Origin: Patescibacteria group bacterium | GTDB taxonomy: Bacteria > Patescibacteriota > Microgenomatia > 2-02-FULL-39-11 | Assembly: GCA_023379265.1 (NCBI GenBank) | Contig: JAMCUI010000009.1 | Coordinates: 252,908 to 316,907 of the forward strand | Direction of reading: 5' to 3' | Length of the DNA: 64,000 nt | Part shown: piece after piece, positions 48,394-58,792 of the stretch | How positions within the stretch are numbered: the stretch's first letter is position 1 | Layout: each line of letters starts with the position of its first letter | Position numbers and translations under genes: made by a program | The notes under the pieces: generated by a model | Seen by the model: only the letters and a program-made list of their open reading frames with translations | Databases searched by the model: none | What the model was told of the DNA's origin: nothing

Positions 48394-49577
48394 AAATTCT
48401 TCAATTAGTCCCCTACTTTTATCCAGCTCTTTCAGTTGGAGGAAGCGCGACAGCGGTCTATAGTCTCTCCGGAGAGTTGGTCAAGCGTGGTCACAAAGTA
48501 ACCGTATATACGACTGATGTTAACCATAGCATGCCGGAAAAGAAAATGCTGGTAAATAAAAGAGTCAGGATTGGTGGTTTTGATGTTTATTATTTCAGAA
48601 ATATATCAAATAGTCTTGCGTTTAGAAACCATATTTTTTTCCCTCCCTATTTTTTCACTGAGATAATCAGACACATTACCGATTTTGATATTGTCCATAT
48701 GCATGAAATTTACACCCTTATGCATCTCTGGACAGCTTTTTTGGCAAGAAAACAGGGGATTCCGTATATTTTGACAGGACACGGTACGGCAGTGTTGGGT
48801 GAAAAAGAAGGTAATATGGGAAGAAAAAAGTTGTTTTACTCTTTTGGAGGAAAAAAACTTCTATTGGGTGCATCAAGGATTGTCGCTTTGACTGAGAAGG
48901 AAAAAAGGTCTTACCTTAAACTGGGAGTGGAAGAAAAAAATATTAGGGTTATCCCAAACGGTATAAACCCAGAATTATTCCACAAACTGCCTAAAAAAGA
49001 AGTGTTTAGAAATAAAATGCGACTAGTGAAGGATGATTGTGTCATACTTTATCTAGGAAGACTTCATGCAAAAAAAGGAATTGAGCTTTTGATAAAATCC
49101 TTAAAACTCCTAAAGAATGAGCATTTGTTAGTAAAGTTGGTGATTGCGGGCCCAGTGGAGCAGGAGGATTATCTTAAAAGGCTAAAAACCATTATAGAGA
49201 AAGAAGGTCTTTCCCAAAACGTGATTTTTACAGGCAACCTGACAGGAAAAGAAAAAATGGAAGCTTATTCCAGTGCGGATATATTTGCTCTGACATCGTA
49301 CTCCGAAGGACTGCCCGTTTCGGTTCTGGAGGCCGCTGTCTGCGGACTTCCACTTCTTTTATCCGAAAATTCAGGGGTGCCGATGATAGAAAAATATAAC
49401 GCCGGGGTATTAGTGAAAAATGATTTAGACAGTATTGTAAAAGGTCTGGAAAGAATTTTGAAAAAGGATAATTTCCGCAGATATTACGGAGATAATGCCA
49501 AAAAGATGGCGCAAAAAGAATATTCTATTTCCCGGACAGCTTTTATGATTGAAAAAGTTTATAAAGAGTTTGTGTAA
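48390..49577 (+). CDS. GT4 glycosyltransferase
   Basis: IPNGI, LGRLHAKKG, EGLPVSVLEA. Confidence 0.88.
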   Translation: MKILQLVPYFYPALSVGGSATAVYSLSGELVKRGHKVTVYTTDVNHSMPEKKMLVNKRVRIGGFDVYYFRNISNSLAFRNHIFFPPYFFTEIIRHITDFDIVHMHEIYTLMHLWTAFLARKQGIPYILTGHGTAVLGEKEGNMGRKKLFYSFGGKKLLLGASRIVALTEKEKRSYLKLGVEEKNIRVIPNGINPELFHKLPKKEVFRNKMRLVKDDCVILYLGRLHAKKGIELLIKSLKLLKNEHLLVKLVIAGPVEQEDYLKRLKTIIEKEGLSQNVIFTGNLTGKEKMEAYSSADIFALTSYSEGLPVSVLEAAVCGLPLLLSENSGVPMIEKYNAGVLVKNDLDSIVKGLERILKKDNFRRYYGDNAKKMAQKEYSISRTAFMIEKVYKEFV

Positions 49578-49579
49578 TT

Positions 49580-51532
49580 ATGTGCGGAATTGCAGGAATC
49601 TATAATTTCGATAAAAGAAGTGTTGAGTCTTATGTTATTCACAGGATGAACAATGTCATGGTGCATAGAGGTCCTGATGGTCAAGGTGAACATTTGGAAG
49701 AAAATATCGGCTTGGCAAACCGCAGGCTGGCAATTATTGATCCTACAACAGCCGGAAACCAACCCATGGCGACCGCTGATGGGACACTCTGGATTACGTT
49801 TAATGGAGAGATATTTAATTTCGAAAAGCTGAAAAAAGATTTAATAGGTAGGGGTTATCATTTCAGATCACACACTGATACTGAGGTAGTATTAAACGGA
49901 TACAGGGAATACGGACACATGTTTGTAAAAAAACTTATCGGCCAGTTTGCCTTTTGCATCTGGGACAGGAGACAATCAAGGTTTATACTGGCCCGTGACC
50001 AGTTGGGCGTAAATCCTCTCTACTGGACCAGAATAGGTAACGCTTTTATTTTTGCCTCAGAATTGAAGGCAATATTGGCGTCAGGGCTGGTCAAAAAGGA
50101 GATAAACCCCGAGGCTTTACATCATTATCTTTCTATATTTTCCATCCCCAGTCCCATGACGATAATAAAAGGTGTAAATAGTCTTTTGCCGGGTAGAGTG
50201 ATGACGGTGGATAAAGGAGGCGTCAGGATAGAAAAGTACTGGGAACTCCCCGTTGGTTTATGGCAGAATAAAAACATTTCGGAAGGAGAGGAGATAGAGG
50301 AATTAAAAAGTCAACTGGTATCTGCAGTATCCTATGCCAAGGTATCAGATGTGCCGGTAGGCGCGTATCTCTCAGGTGGCGTGGATTCCTCGACAGTTGT
50401 TGCGCTTCTTTCCATGTCGCAAACCAAGCCCGTAAGGACATATTCTCTCTGGTCAGAGGGTGGTGAGGCTTATGATGAAAGAAAATACGCCAGCCTCGTT
50501 GCAAAACGTTACGGGACTGTTCATACAGAGTTTACGGTATCTCAAAGTGATTTAATAAGCAGCCTTCCTGAAATTATCTATTACTTTGATCAGCCAACAG
50601 GTGGATCACTCGAGACTTATTTTATCTCCCGATTGGCAGCCAAAGACGTAAAAGTTGCATTATCTGGACTCGGGGGCGATGAACTTTTTGCCGGATATCA
50701 TAGTGAACTATACAATACCAAGTCTATAGGAGACATATACAACCATATTCCTCCGGCTCTCCGTTCACTCCTTTTTTTACTGATGAAAAGAATTGCTTTC
50801 CGGTCAGACTGGAAAAAAGTTTTGTCAGTATCACAGGATTTTTTTAACCTGCCGACTCTGGTACGGCGTAGCCTTTATCTTTATTTTGCTTATCAGGAGG
50901 AAGAGAAAAAAAATCTTTATAGCAAGTCTTATCTTTCGCTGCAAAAGGGGAGTTACAGTACTCAAAGTTACTTCGAAGGACTTTATCAGAAAATAAAAGG
51001 CTGGCATCCGGTAGATCAACTAAACTATATTGACCTGAAAAGCTATACCAGAGACGATTTGCTTTTGGGTATGAATATGATGAGTATGGCAAATTCTCTC
51101 GAGGCAAGAGTGCCCCTTCTTGACCCCAGACTGGTTGAGTTTTCCGCCAGAATCCACCCTTCCCGTAAATATAGAGATGGAATTTCCAAATATATTCTCA
51201 AGAAAGCCGTAGCGGACTGGTTGCCAAAGGAAGTGGTAAATCACAAAAAAACCGGTTTTGCCATTCCTAGAGTGATTTATATGAAAGGAATATTGAAACC
51301 TTATATAAAATCAGTTTTGAGCCCAGAGTCCTTAAAGAACAGAGGAATATTCAATGATAAATATATTACCGAAGTGGTGAATAAATTTTATGGTTCAAAA
51401 CAGGGCAAGATGCTCTGGAGTGAGCATTTGCGCGTCTGGATACTTTTTGTATTTGAGCTCTGGTGCCGGATCTATCTGGATAATACAAAAATCGCCAAAC
51501 CGGCAGTCACGTTGGATGATCTTGCCATATGA
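49580..51532 (+). CDS. asnB: Asparagine synthase (glutamine-hydrolysing)-like amidotransferase, probably glycan amidation
   Basis: N-terminal MCGIAG, HRGPD, NGEIFN, LSGGVDSS, SGLGGDELFAGY, SLEARVPLLD. Confidence 0.9.
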   Translation: MCGIAGIYNFDKRSVESYVIHRMNNVMVHRGPDGQGEHLEENIGLANRRLAIIDPTTAGNQPMATADGTLWITFNGEIFNFEKLKKDLIGRGYHFRSHTDTEVVLNGYREYGHMFVKKLIGQFAFCIWDRRQSRFILARDQLGVNPLYWTRIGNAFIFASELKAILASGLVKKEINPEALHHYLSIFSIPSPMTIIKGVNSLLPGRVMTVDKGGVRIEKYWELPVGLWQNKNISEGEEIEELKSQLVSAVSYAKVSDVPVGAYLSGGVDSSTVVALLSMSQTKPVRTYSLWSEGGEAYDERKYASLVAKRYGTVHTEFTVSQSDLISSLPEIIYYFDQPTGGSLETYFISRLAAKDVKVALSGLGGDELFAGYHSELYNTKSIGDIYNHIPPALRSLLFLLMKRIAFRSDWKKVLSVSQDFFNLPTLVRRSLYLYFAYQEEEKKNLYSKSYLSLQKGSYSTQSYFEGLYQKIKGWHPVDQLNYIDLKSYTRDDLLLGMNMMSMANSLEARVPLLDPRLVEFSARIHPSRKYRDGISKYILKKAVADWLPKEVVNHKKTGFAIPRVIYMKGILKPYIKSVLSPESLKNRGIFNDKYITEVVNKFYGSKQGKMLWSEHLRVWILFVFELWCRIYLDNTKIAKPAVTLDDLAI

Positions 51533-52689
51533 AAATTGTTCACCTTATTGATTATTTCCAGCCCCAAGTAGGTTACCAGGAGACATTTTTGGCAAAAGAG
51601 CATAGAAAAGCAGGGCATGACGTATGTGTGGTAACGTCAGACAGGTATTTCCCTTTTGAAGGATACAGATCATCATATTTTTCTCTTTTGGGTGAGAGAT
51701 ATGTGGGGGAGGGAGAAAGAAATGAGAATGGGATAAGGACTGTGAGATTAAAGAATATTGAATTTCCCGGGACAAATCTGATTTATCTCTTGAAATTAAA
51801 AAGGACATTAGCAGATATTTCACCTGACGCAGTTTTTTGTCATGGGATGTATTCTATTACGTCTTATTTTGCAGCCAAAATCAAAAATGAGTTGGGATAT
51901 AAGCTGGTTTATGATACTCATGCGGCGGGATTTAATACACAATTTGGTACTTTTTTGAAAAAGGCTTACCGTTTTTTCTTTCGAAAATTTGCCGTGCCCC
52001 TCATCAAAGATCAGGCTGACAGTATTTTTGCCATAGGCGAAGCGGAGCAGGATTTTATCTGCACTGAATTCGGGTTAAATCGGAATCACGTTTCAATAAT
52101 AAGGCTTGGGGTGGATACCGAATTATTTACGGCAAGTGTGGTTAAAAGAAAGGAAATAAGGAAAAAAATGGGAGTTGCGGCTGACGGTGTTGTCTGTATT
52201 TTCTCAGGGAAAATCAGTCCCAGAAAAGATATTGAGACTCTACTTCTGGCGGTTAAAAAAATAAATGATACTAAAATCAAGGTACTTCTGGTGGGAGGCG
52301 GTAAAACGAATCATGTATCAGACCTGAAAAAGATTCTTGACGCAAAAGAGCTGATTGTTGAACATTTTGTAAGCAATGATAAATTACCCGATTATTACAG
52401 CGCCGCCGATATTGCGGTCTGGCCGGGAGACCCGTCACAGGGGATGCTTGAAGCAATGTCCTCTTCACTGCCGCTTATAGTTCCTGAATGGTACGGTTCT
52501 GAATTTTTGCAAAAAAGCGGGGGCGTACTTTTTTTCAAAAGAAAAGATATTCGTGGTTTAGCACAAAAAATAGCCAAATTATCGTATAATAAGAACAAAA
52601 GAAAGGAAATCGGAATGAATGCCCGATATTATATCGGGAGGTATTTCAGTTGGAAAGAAATTGCACGGCAGACTTTATCTCTCTTGTGA
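51529..52689 (+). CDS. GT4 glycosyltransferase
   Basis: GYQE, GVDTELF, SGKISPRK, LEAMSSSLP. Confidence 0.85.
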   Translation: MKIVHLIDYFQPQVGYQETFLAKEHRKAGHDVCVVTSDRYFPFEGYRSSYFSLLGERYVGEGERNENGIRTVRLKNIEFPGTNLIYLLKLKRTLADISPDAVFCHGMYSITSYFAAKIKNELGYKLVYDTHAAGFNTQFGTFLKKAYRFFFRKFAVPLIKDQADSIFAIGEAEQDFICTEFGLNRNHVSIIRLGVDTELFTASVVKRKEIRKKMGVAADGVVCIFSGKISPRKDIETLLLAVKKINDTKIKVLLVGGGKTNHVSDLKKILDAKELIVEHFVSNDKLPDYYSAADIAVWPGDPSQGMLEAMSSSLPLIVPEWYGSEFLQKSGGVLFFKRKDIRGLAQKIAKLSYNKNKRKEIGMNARYYIGRYFSWKEIARQTLSLL

Positions 52690-52699
52690 AAAGGAAAAG

Positions 52700-53524
52700 A
52701 TGGATACTAAAGAAATTGTCATCAGGCCCAAATCATCATGGAATTTTATCGATTTTGCAGAGCTTTGGCGGTTCCGGGAGCTTTTCTATGTTTTTGCATG
52801 GAGGGATATAAAAGTCCGTTATAAACAGACTTTGTTGGGAATACTATGGGTAGTTTTCCAGCCTTTGGTGAGCACATTCATTTTTACCGTCTTTTTCGGC
52901 AACCTGGCCAAAATTTCTTCAGGCAAACTGCCTTATGCGCTTTTTGTGCTGGCTGGTCTGGTTTTCTGGAACTTTTTCTCCAGCGCACTCTCCCACGCTG
53001 CGACCAGTATGGTAGGAAGCGCCAATATTTTTCAAAAAGTATATTTCCCCAAAATGATTCTGCCCCTGTCAGCCATTTTGACCAGTTTTGTCGATTTTCT
53101 TATAAATTTAGCTATGCTACTTCTGGCGGCTATTGTGTTGGGGTATTACCCCAGTCTATCAGCGCTGATAATTTTTCCCATGGCGGTTGTAGTGACCGCC
53201 ATTACTGCAGCCGGTCTGGGACTTCTATTGACCTCCATAAACATCAAATATAGGGATGTGGGGTACATTTTGCCTTATTTTATACAGCTTCTTTTGTTTC
53301 TGACTCCGGTCATTTATCCCATTACAATTCTTTCCCAAAGCCACAGGTTTATTATGGCCTTAAACCCCATGACTTCCGTCATTGAGGCTTCCCGGACAGT
53401 TTTTTCCGGAGCAACTTACGATCCTGTTTATATGGTGGTTTCATTTATATCTGCCCTGGTAATCCTGTCCGTAGGGATTTTGTATTTTAATAAAACTGAA
53501 CAGTTTTTTGCAGATATTGTTTAA
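52700..53524 (+). CDS. wzm: Polysaccharide ABC transporter permease
   Basis: RDIKVRYKQT.LG..W, KVYFP, TPVIYP, NPM; ATG 52700. Confidence 0.92.
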   Translation: MDTKEIVIRPKSSWNFIDFAELWRFRELFYVFAWRDIKVRYKQTLLGILWVVFQPLVSTFIFTVFFGNLAKISSGKLPYALFVLAGLVFWNFFSSALSHAATSMVGSANIFQKVYFPKMILPLSAILTSFVDFLINLAMLLLAAIVLGYYPSLSALIIFPMAVVVTAITAAGLGLLLTSINIKYRDVGYILPYFIQLLLFLTPVIYPITILSQSHRFIMALNPMTSVIEASRTVFSGATYDPVYMVVSFISALVILSVGILYFNKTEQFFADIV

Positions 53525-53527
53525 GAT

Positions 53528-54817
53528 ATGGAAACAATGATCAAAGTCAATAAATTGTCTAAAAAATACAGGTTCGGGCAAAACCAGCCGTACAATACTT
53601 TGCGCGATACTCTGGTTGGTCTGGTGCATAACCCCAAAAATATTTTCGGAAAAAGGAAGCATGAGGAAGGACAGTTGGCCGAAAATGAATTCTGGGCCCT
53701 CAAAAACATTTCCTTTGATGTTGGCGAAGGGGAAGTGTTGGGGATAATAGGAAAAAACGGTGCGGGCAAAAGTACTCTTCTTAAGGTTCTTAGCCGCATT
53801 ACCCCTCCAACAGAAGGTGAAATTAGGCTAAGGGGAAGAGTGTCAAGTCTGCTTGAGGTGGGTACGGGTTTTTCGGGAGAATTAAGCGGTAGGGAGAATA
53901 TATATCTAAACGGAGCCATATTAGGAATGACTAGGAATGAAATTAGGCGCAAGTTTTCCCAAATTGTGGATTTTGCCGAAGTGGGAAAATTTATCGATAC
54001 GCCGGTAAAATATTATTCTTCAGGCATGTATGTCAGGCTGGCATTTGCGGTGGCGGCACACCTTGAACCGGAAATACTTCTGGTGGATGAAGTGTTGGCG
54101 GTGGGAGATGTTGGTTTTAGGAAAAAAAGCATGGGGAAGATGAGGGAGATATCCAAATCATCGGGGCGTACTATACTTTTTGTCAGTCATGATATGTCTT
54201 CAATCCAAAATATATGTTCACGGGCAATTTTGCTAAGAGACGGAAAATTAGCATACAGCGGTTATGCCGATGAGACTATAAAAAAATATCTTGAGGAAAG
54301 CGGGGGAGAGACTGCCGATAAATGGTTGGAATGGAAACCCGAAGCTTCAGGAAGATATCCTTACGGTGAAATTATAAAACTTAAAAAGTTTTATATTAGC
54401 GATGTTGCCGGGAAGACGGTAAAAGGCAGATTGTTTAATAGCAAGCAGTATTTCGTCAATATTGACGCTGATTTTAAAAAAAGGGACTCGCGTCTGGTTT
54501 TTGCCGTTGCCTTTTATGATGAAAAGCAGACAGTACTTTTTGCCTCAGATATAAACGATAACGGTTTAGTTGATTTTGGAACTATAAAACCGGGTCATAT
54601 CAAACTTCAATTCCTCCTGCCGGTCGAATTACTTTCAAATGAAACATACGAAATTGAGTTGTTGTGCGCTTTGCATCACGTCGGTTGGATATTTCCGCCC
54701 AACAACGACTGCCGTCTGAAGTTTAGTTTTTTCCGGGACAAGGATGACAATCCTTATTCCAGTGATACGCGAATGGGGCTTTTGGCACCGGTATTAAAAT
54801 GGTCGGTTATTACCTGA
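53528..54817 (+). CDS. wzt: Polysaccharide ABC transporter ATPase with C-terminal carbohydrate-binding domain
   Basis: GKNGAGKST, YSSGM, DEVLAVGD, VSH, about 170-aa C-terminal extension. Confidence 0.92.
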   Translation: METMIKVNKLSKKYRFGQNQPYNTLRDTLVGLVHNPKNIFGKRKHEEGQLAENEFWALKNISFDVGEGEVLGIIGKNGAGKSTLLKVLSRITPPTEGEIRLRGRVSSLLEVGTGFSGELSGRENIYLNGAILGMTRNEIRRKFSQIVDFAEVGKFIDTPVKYYSSGMYVRLAFAVAAHLEPEILLVDEVLAVGDVGFRKKSMGKMREISKSSGRTILFVSHDMSSIQNICSRAILLRDGKLAYSGYADETIKKYLEESGGETADKWLEWKPEASGRYPYGEIIKLKKFYISDVAGKTVKGRLFNSKQYFVNIDADFKKRDSRLVFAVAFYDEKQTVLFASDINDNGLVDFGTIKPGHIKLQFLLPVELLSNETYEIELLCALHHVGWIFPPNNDCRLKFSFFRDKDDNPYSSDTRMGLLAPVLKWSVIT

Positions 54818-54824
54818 GAATTTT

Positions 54825-55685
54825 ATGGCTGATAGTGTTTCCAAAAAGAGTGATTATTCAATAGGGGTTGTAACCTTTCTTGATAGATACGAAGAGACTT
54901 TCAAAAAACTGGCAATAGATTTGGCCAGGTATTTCCCTGATGTGGAAAAAAACGTTATACTGAACGGTTTTCCCGACAAAAACAGGCAGCTTAAGTATCT
55001 TAAAGAAGCCACAGGTTTTCTTTCCGGTCTTGGTTTTAACCATGTTTTAACATTTGAAACGCACCAGTCTTTAGCCAGAGGTTGGAATCTGCTTGTTATA
55101 TTATCCTCAAAATCCAAGGTTCTCATATTAAATGATGATTGCCTGATGGGGCCTGGTTTTCGTAAGGAGTTTGAGACACAAAAGGGAAATAGAGATTGGA
55201 TTTTTATAAACGAGTCATACAGCCATTTTATGACTTCCAAAAACGTGGTTAGGAAAGTGGGTTGGTTTGACGAAAGGTTCAAAGGGATAGGCCACGAGGA
55301 TGGGGATTTTTCCAGACGTTGTGCTCTGGCCGGTTATCCATACGATGTAGGAATTGATTGTCCCACCCTGAAAAATCTTAAAGTAGAAAGCAGAGAAGTA
55401 AGCTATTTGGAAACAGATAACAATAACAAGAAAGGATTTCTAGGAAAAGTCAGGAATTATCTAAATAGAGAAAAGTCCGGCAGAAGCGGAAATTACTCCA
55501 CCTATAATGAATATTTTTTCAGAAAAAAGTGGAAACATGCCGACAGGCCGTTACCCGGCTATACGCTAATTCCCATCCGCCATCTGAAGAAATACCGCGG
55601 TATCAAGCCGGGCGCAGGCGCTTATTGCAAGCTGGCTCCCGGTATGGAAACACCGCTTTTTTATCCTCTTGATATTCTTAATTAA
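54825..55685 (+). CDS. GT2-like glycosyltransferase
   Basis: LARGWN, ILNDD, VGWFDERF.GIGHEDGD. Confidence 0.7.
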   Translation: MADSVSKKSDYSIGVVTFLDRYEETFKKLAIDLARYFPDVEKNVILNGFPDKNRQLKYLKEATGFLSGLGFNHVLTFETHQSLARGWNLLVILSSKSKVLILNDDCLMGPGFRKEFETQKGNRDWIFINESYSHFMTSKNVVRKVGWFDERFKGIGHEDGDFSRRCALAGYPYDVGIDCPTLKNLKVESREVSYLETDNNNKKGFLGKVRNYLNREKSGRSGNYSTYNEYFFRKKWKHADRPLPGYTLIPIRHLKKYRGIKPGAGAYCKLAPGMETPLFYPLDILN

Positions 55686-55693
55686 AGCCGCCT

Positions 55694-56647
55694 ATGCAAA
55701 AAACCAAACTAGTTATCTATATTCCTTCCTACAACAGAGGACAAGTGTTGTCAGAACAGCTGGAAAGGATAGTAAACCAGTGGGGAAAATACAGGGATAG
55801 GATTCGTCTGGTAATCAGCGATAACTTTTCCAGTGATCCGGTATATAAAACATTGTCAGCTAAATTTATCCAAAAGAACATATCTTTCAGGCGAAACATC
55901 TCCAATATAGGTGGCAATGAGAATATTATGCAAGGGTTCCTTACTGCCGGGGAGGATGATTATCTATGGATACTTTCGGATGATGATATGCTGACTTCTT
56001 CTGCTCTTGAAGAGATTTTCTGGGGAATAGATAAGAATACAGATATTATACATATTGGTGAGACCGAAAGGATAATCCAAACAGAGTTAAGCCTGAATAA
56101 TGTTTTTACAATAACAAAAGGGGCAGGGTTTGGATTGACCAGCGTGGTAATTTTCAGCGTGAACTTCATAAAAGATTTTATATACTACGGCTTTGAGTAT
56201 ATGGATTCTTCTTTTCCCCATTTTGCCATACTTCTTTCTTCCCTGAGGGAACATAAAAAAGCCAAATTGACTATAGTCAGGCATAAATACGTTTTTACCA
56301 AAGAAACGGTTGCGACACACGGTTCCGGGGATTATTTTTTGAGCGCAGTGGGTTTTGGTTATTTGTCTGATTTTCTTGAGAAACCTAACCAGCGGAAATT
56401 TCTTTGGGATTGGATTACATCTACCTGGCCGCTATATTTTGCTGCCAGAAGACATTATCCTGCCGCTTTCCACAAATCTGAAGGTTATCTAAGGTCATTT
56501 GGATTACGATTTTTCTTTTTCCTTTTTTTTGCGGGAATACTTTACGGTTTGCAATCCGCGCAGAAAAAAATTCTTATGGCAGCTGTAGTTGAGGCAAAAA
56601 AATCCTCTTTTGGCCGAAGTATAATAGAGAGTTTGAAAAAACTTTAA
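55694..56647 (+). CDS. GT2 glycosyltransferase
   Basis: IPSYNR, SDNFSSD, NIGG, WILSDDD. Confidence 0.8.
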   Translation: MQKTKLVIYIPSYNRGQVLSEQLERIVNQWGKYRDRIRLVISDNFSSDPVYKTLSAKFIQKNISFRRNISNIGGNENIMQGFLTAGEDDYLWILSDDDMLTSSALEEIFWGIDKNTDIIHIGETERIIQTELSLNNVFTITKGAGFGLTSVVIFSVNFIKDFIYYGFEYMDSSFPHFAILLSSLREHKKAKLTIVRHKYVFTKETVATHGSGDYFLSAVGFGYLSDFLEKPNQRKFLWDWITSTWPLYFAARRHYPAAFHKSEGYLRSFGLRFFFFLFFAGILYGLQSAQKKILMAAVVEAKKSSFGRSIIESLKKL

Positions 56648-56845
56648 TAGTGATTAATCAATAAATAAGAAATTATTATTGTTTGGGCATAAAAATCAGT
56701 ATTTAAAAAGTGAAATCCTTACTTTTGAATATGTAATAAACATTAGTTTGTTTAAAAATTAATAAGTAAAGCGGTTTGTCTCAAGAAAAGGATTAAAAGT
56801 CCCAAAATAGTCAGCATACATACAATAGATTAAATTTCCGTTAAT

Positions 56846-57547
56846 ATGGTTAGAAAATACATCAATTCAGTTATAAGAATAATAGACAATTTATGGCAAA
56901 AAAATGATGATCTGCGACAGTTAATCTTTAGGCGAATGAAAAGATCTTACAGCCAATATTTCGAAGATTTAGAACTGGATAAAGCTTTTAAAAATAAAAC
57001 TCTTGGTTTTTATGTAGATGTTGGGGCAAACGACCCAAGAATTCTTTCCAATACGTATCATTTCTACTTAAAAGGATGGAGAGGAATAAACATAGAGCCT
57101 GATACAGATTTGTTTACAAAGTTGGAAAAATATAGAAAAGAAGATATAAATTTGAATATAGGAATAGCAAGAAGAAGAGGAAAAAGAAAATTCTTTAATA
57201 TTTCGGCTCCTACACTTTCTACTTTCTCCGAAATAACTGCAATAAGGTCAGAATCGGAAGGCTATAAGATAAACGAAATTAAATATATAGACGTAATTCC
57301 ACTGTCACAAATATTAGATAAGTATTTGGTTAATGGAAAGGTGGATTTTTTTTCTATAGATGTAGAAGGATATGAATCTGAAGTGCTTAGAAGTAATAAT
57401 TGGCGAAAATACAGACCTGAATTTATTATTATCGAAATAAACAGAAGTGGAAAGGAGATAAAATCATTCTTAGAATCAAAAATGTACAGACAGATTTTCG
57501 AAAATGGTACTAACGCAATATTTAGAGATAATAATCTTAAAAATTAA
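56846..57547 (+). CDS. FkbM-family methyltransferase
   Basis: YSQYFED, VDVGANDP, GWRGINIEP, SIDVEG. Confidence 0.88.
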   Translation: MVRKYINSVIRIIDNLWQKNDDLRQLIFRRMKRSYSQYFEDLELDKAFKNKTLGFYVDVGANDPRILSNTYHFYLKGWRGINIEPDTDLFTKLEKYRKEDINLNIGIARRRGKRKFFNISAPTLSTFSEITAIRSESEGYKINEIKYIDVIPLSQILDKYLVNGKVDFFSIDVEGYESEVLRSNNWRKYRPEFIIIEINRSGKEIKSFLESKMYRQIFENGTNAIFRDNNLKN

Positions 57548-57661
57548 GATTGCTAATACAAAGAAATTATTTATGAAATGTACGGTGCTAATGAAGTAAA
57601 AATCTGACAGGAAAAGATATAGTCATTCTTGAAAATTTTGGAGGAAGGTTAATACAAACTG

Positions 57662-58792
57662 ATGAATTTTATTCTAGCAATTTGCGTAGATATTCAGGCA
57701 TTCTATAAAAATAAAATTTTGGATGGTAATTATGCCCGTAAGTTTCCAGGCGCAGGTTGGGTATCAGAATTTCTTCCTTTAGCCAAAAAACGAGACGTCG
57801 ATGTAGCGACTGGAGACATTGCTTTAGAGATGGTACATGCCGGGAAATGGAAAGCTAAGGATATATTTGTAATTTCGGAACTTGATGCCAGCCAGGCAAA
57901 AGAACTGATTGGGCTCGGCGCCCGGCCATTTATACTTTCTGCTTTCGAATCACCCCTTATTGCCTATAATTTTTACGATAAACTGAAAGATTTATCGGTA
58001 AAGTTTCCTTATAGACTTCTTTTCCCGGGAGCTTTCGGGTTAGCAGCGGGAGATGGCAAAAACATGAGGGCGTATTTTCCGAATTTTGACCCGTCTGAAA
58101 TAAAAAGGCCTGTCGCGTGGGACAAAAGGAAATTTATTTGTATGGTGGCGGCAAATAAATTCTGGCGGGAAAAATTCGTTTTCCCTTTATATTTGTCACC
58201 TTTAAGGTACGCCAAGTGGCTGGCGTTTCAGCGGGAAAAAGTAACTTCTCCAACAAGAAGGTACGCAATAAAAAATGAGTTGCAGTCAAAGAGGTTTGAA
58301 GCAATTGAGTATTTCGGGAAAAGAAAAGAATTGGATTTATTTGGTTACGGTTGGAAGGATAGGGAGAGATTACCTGACGGTTTTAGAGAAAGATTAGATC
58401 CAATTCTTGATAAGATTAAACCAAATTCGTGTAAGGATAAAAATAGAACTATTTCGGGATATAAATATGCCGTCTGTTTCGAAAATACCGCATATCCGGG
58501 GTATATTACGGAGAAAATTATCGACTGTTTTACGGCAGGGGTGATACCGGTATACCTGGGAGCGCCGGATGTGGAAAAGTATATACCTCCTGAAACATTT
58601 GTCGATATGCGCAAATTTGATTCATGGGAGAAACTTGAGAGGAAATTAAAACGCATAAACGAACAAGAGGCTAAAAGGATGATTGAGGCAGGCAGAAAAT
58701 TCTTGATGGGCAAAGAGGGTATAAAATACAGCTTTTCCGGTTTTGCTAAAGATATTGATGATTTAGTTCAGAAAGAAATAAACAATCTATGA
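57662..58792 (+). CDS. GT10 (alpha-1,3/4-fucosyltransferase-like) glycosyltransferase
   Basis: YKYAVCFEN..YPGYITEKI..GVIPVYLG motif. Confidence 0.8.
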   Translation: MNFILAICVDIQAFYKNKILDGNYARKFPGAGWVSEFLPLAKKRDVDVATGDIALEMVHAGKWKAKDIFVISELDASQAKELIGLGARPFILSAFESPLIAYNFYDKLKDLSVKFPYRLLFPGAFGLAAGDGKNMRAYFPNFDPSEIKRPVAWDKRKFICMVAANKFWREKFVFPLYLSPLRYAKWLAFQREKVTSPTRRYAIKNELQSKRFEAIEYFGKRKELDLFGYGWKDRERLPDGFRERLDPILDKIKPNSCKDKNRTISGYKYAVCFENTAYPGYITEKIIDCFTAGVIPVYLGAPDVEKYIPPETFVDMRKFDSWEKLERKLKRINEQEAKRMIEAGRKFLMGKEGIKYSFSGFAKDIDDLVQKEINNL

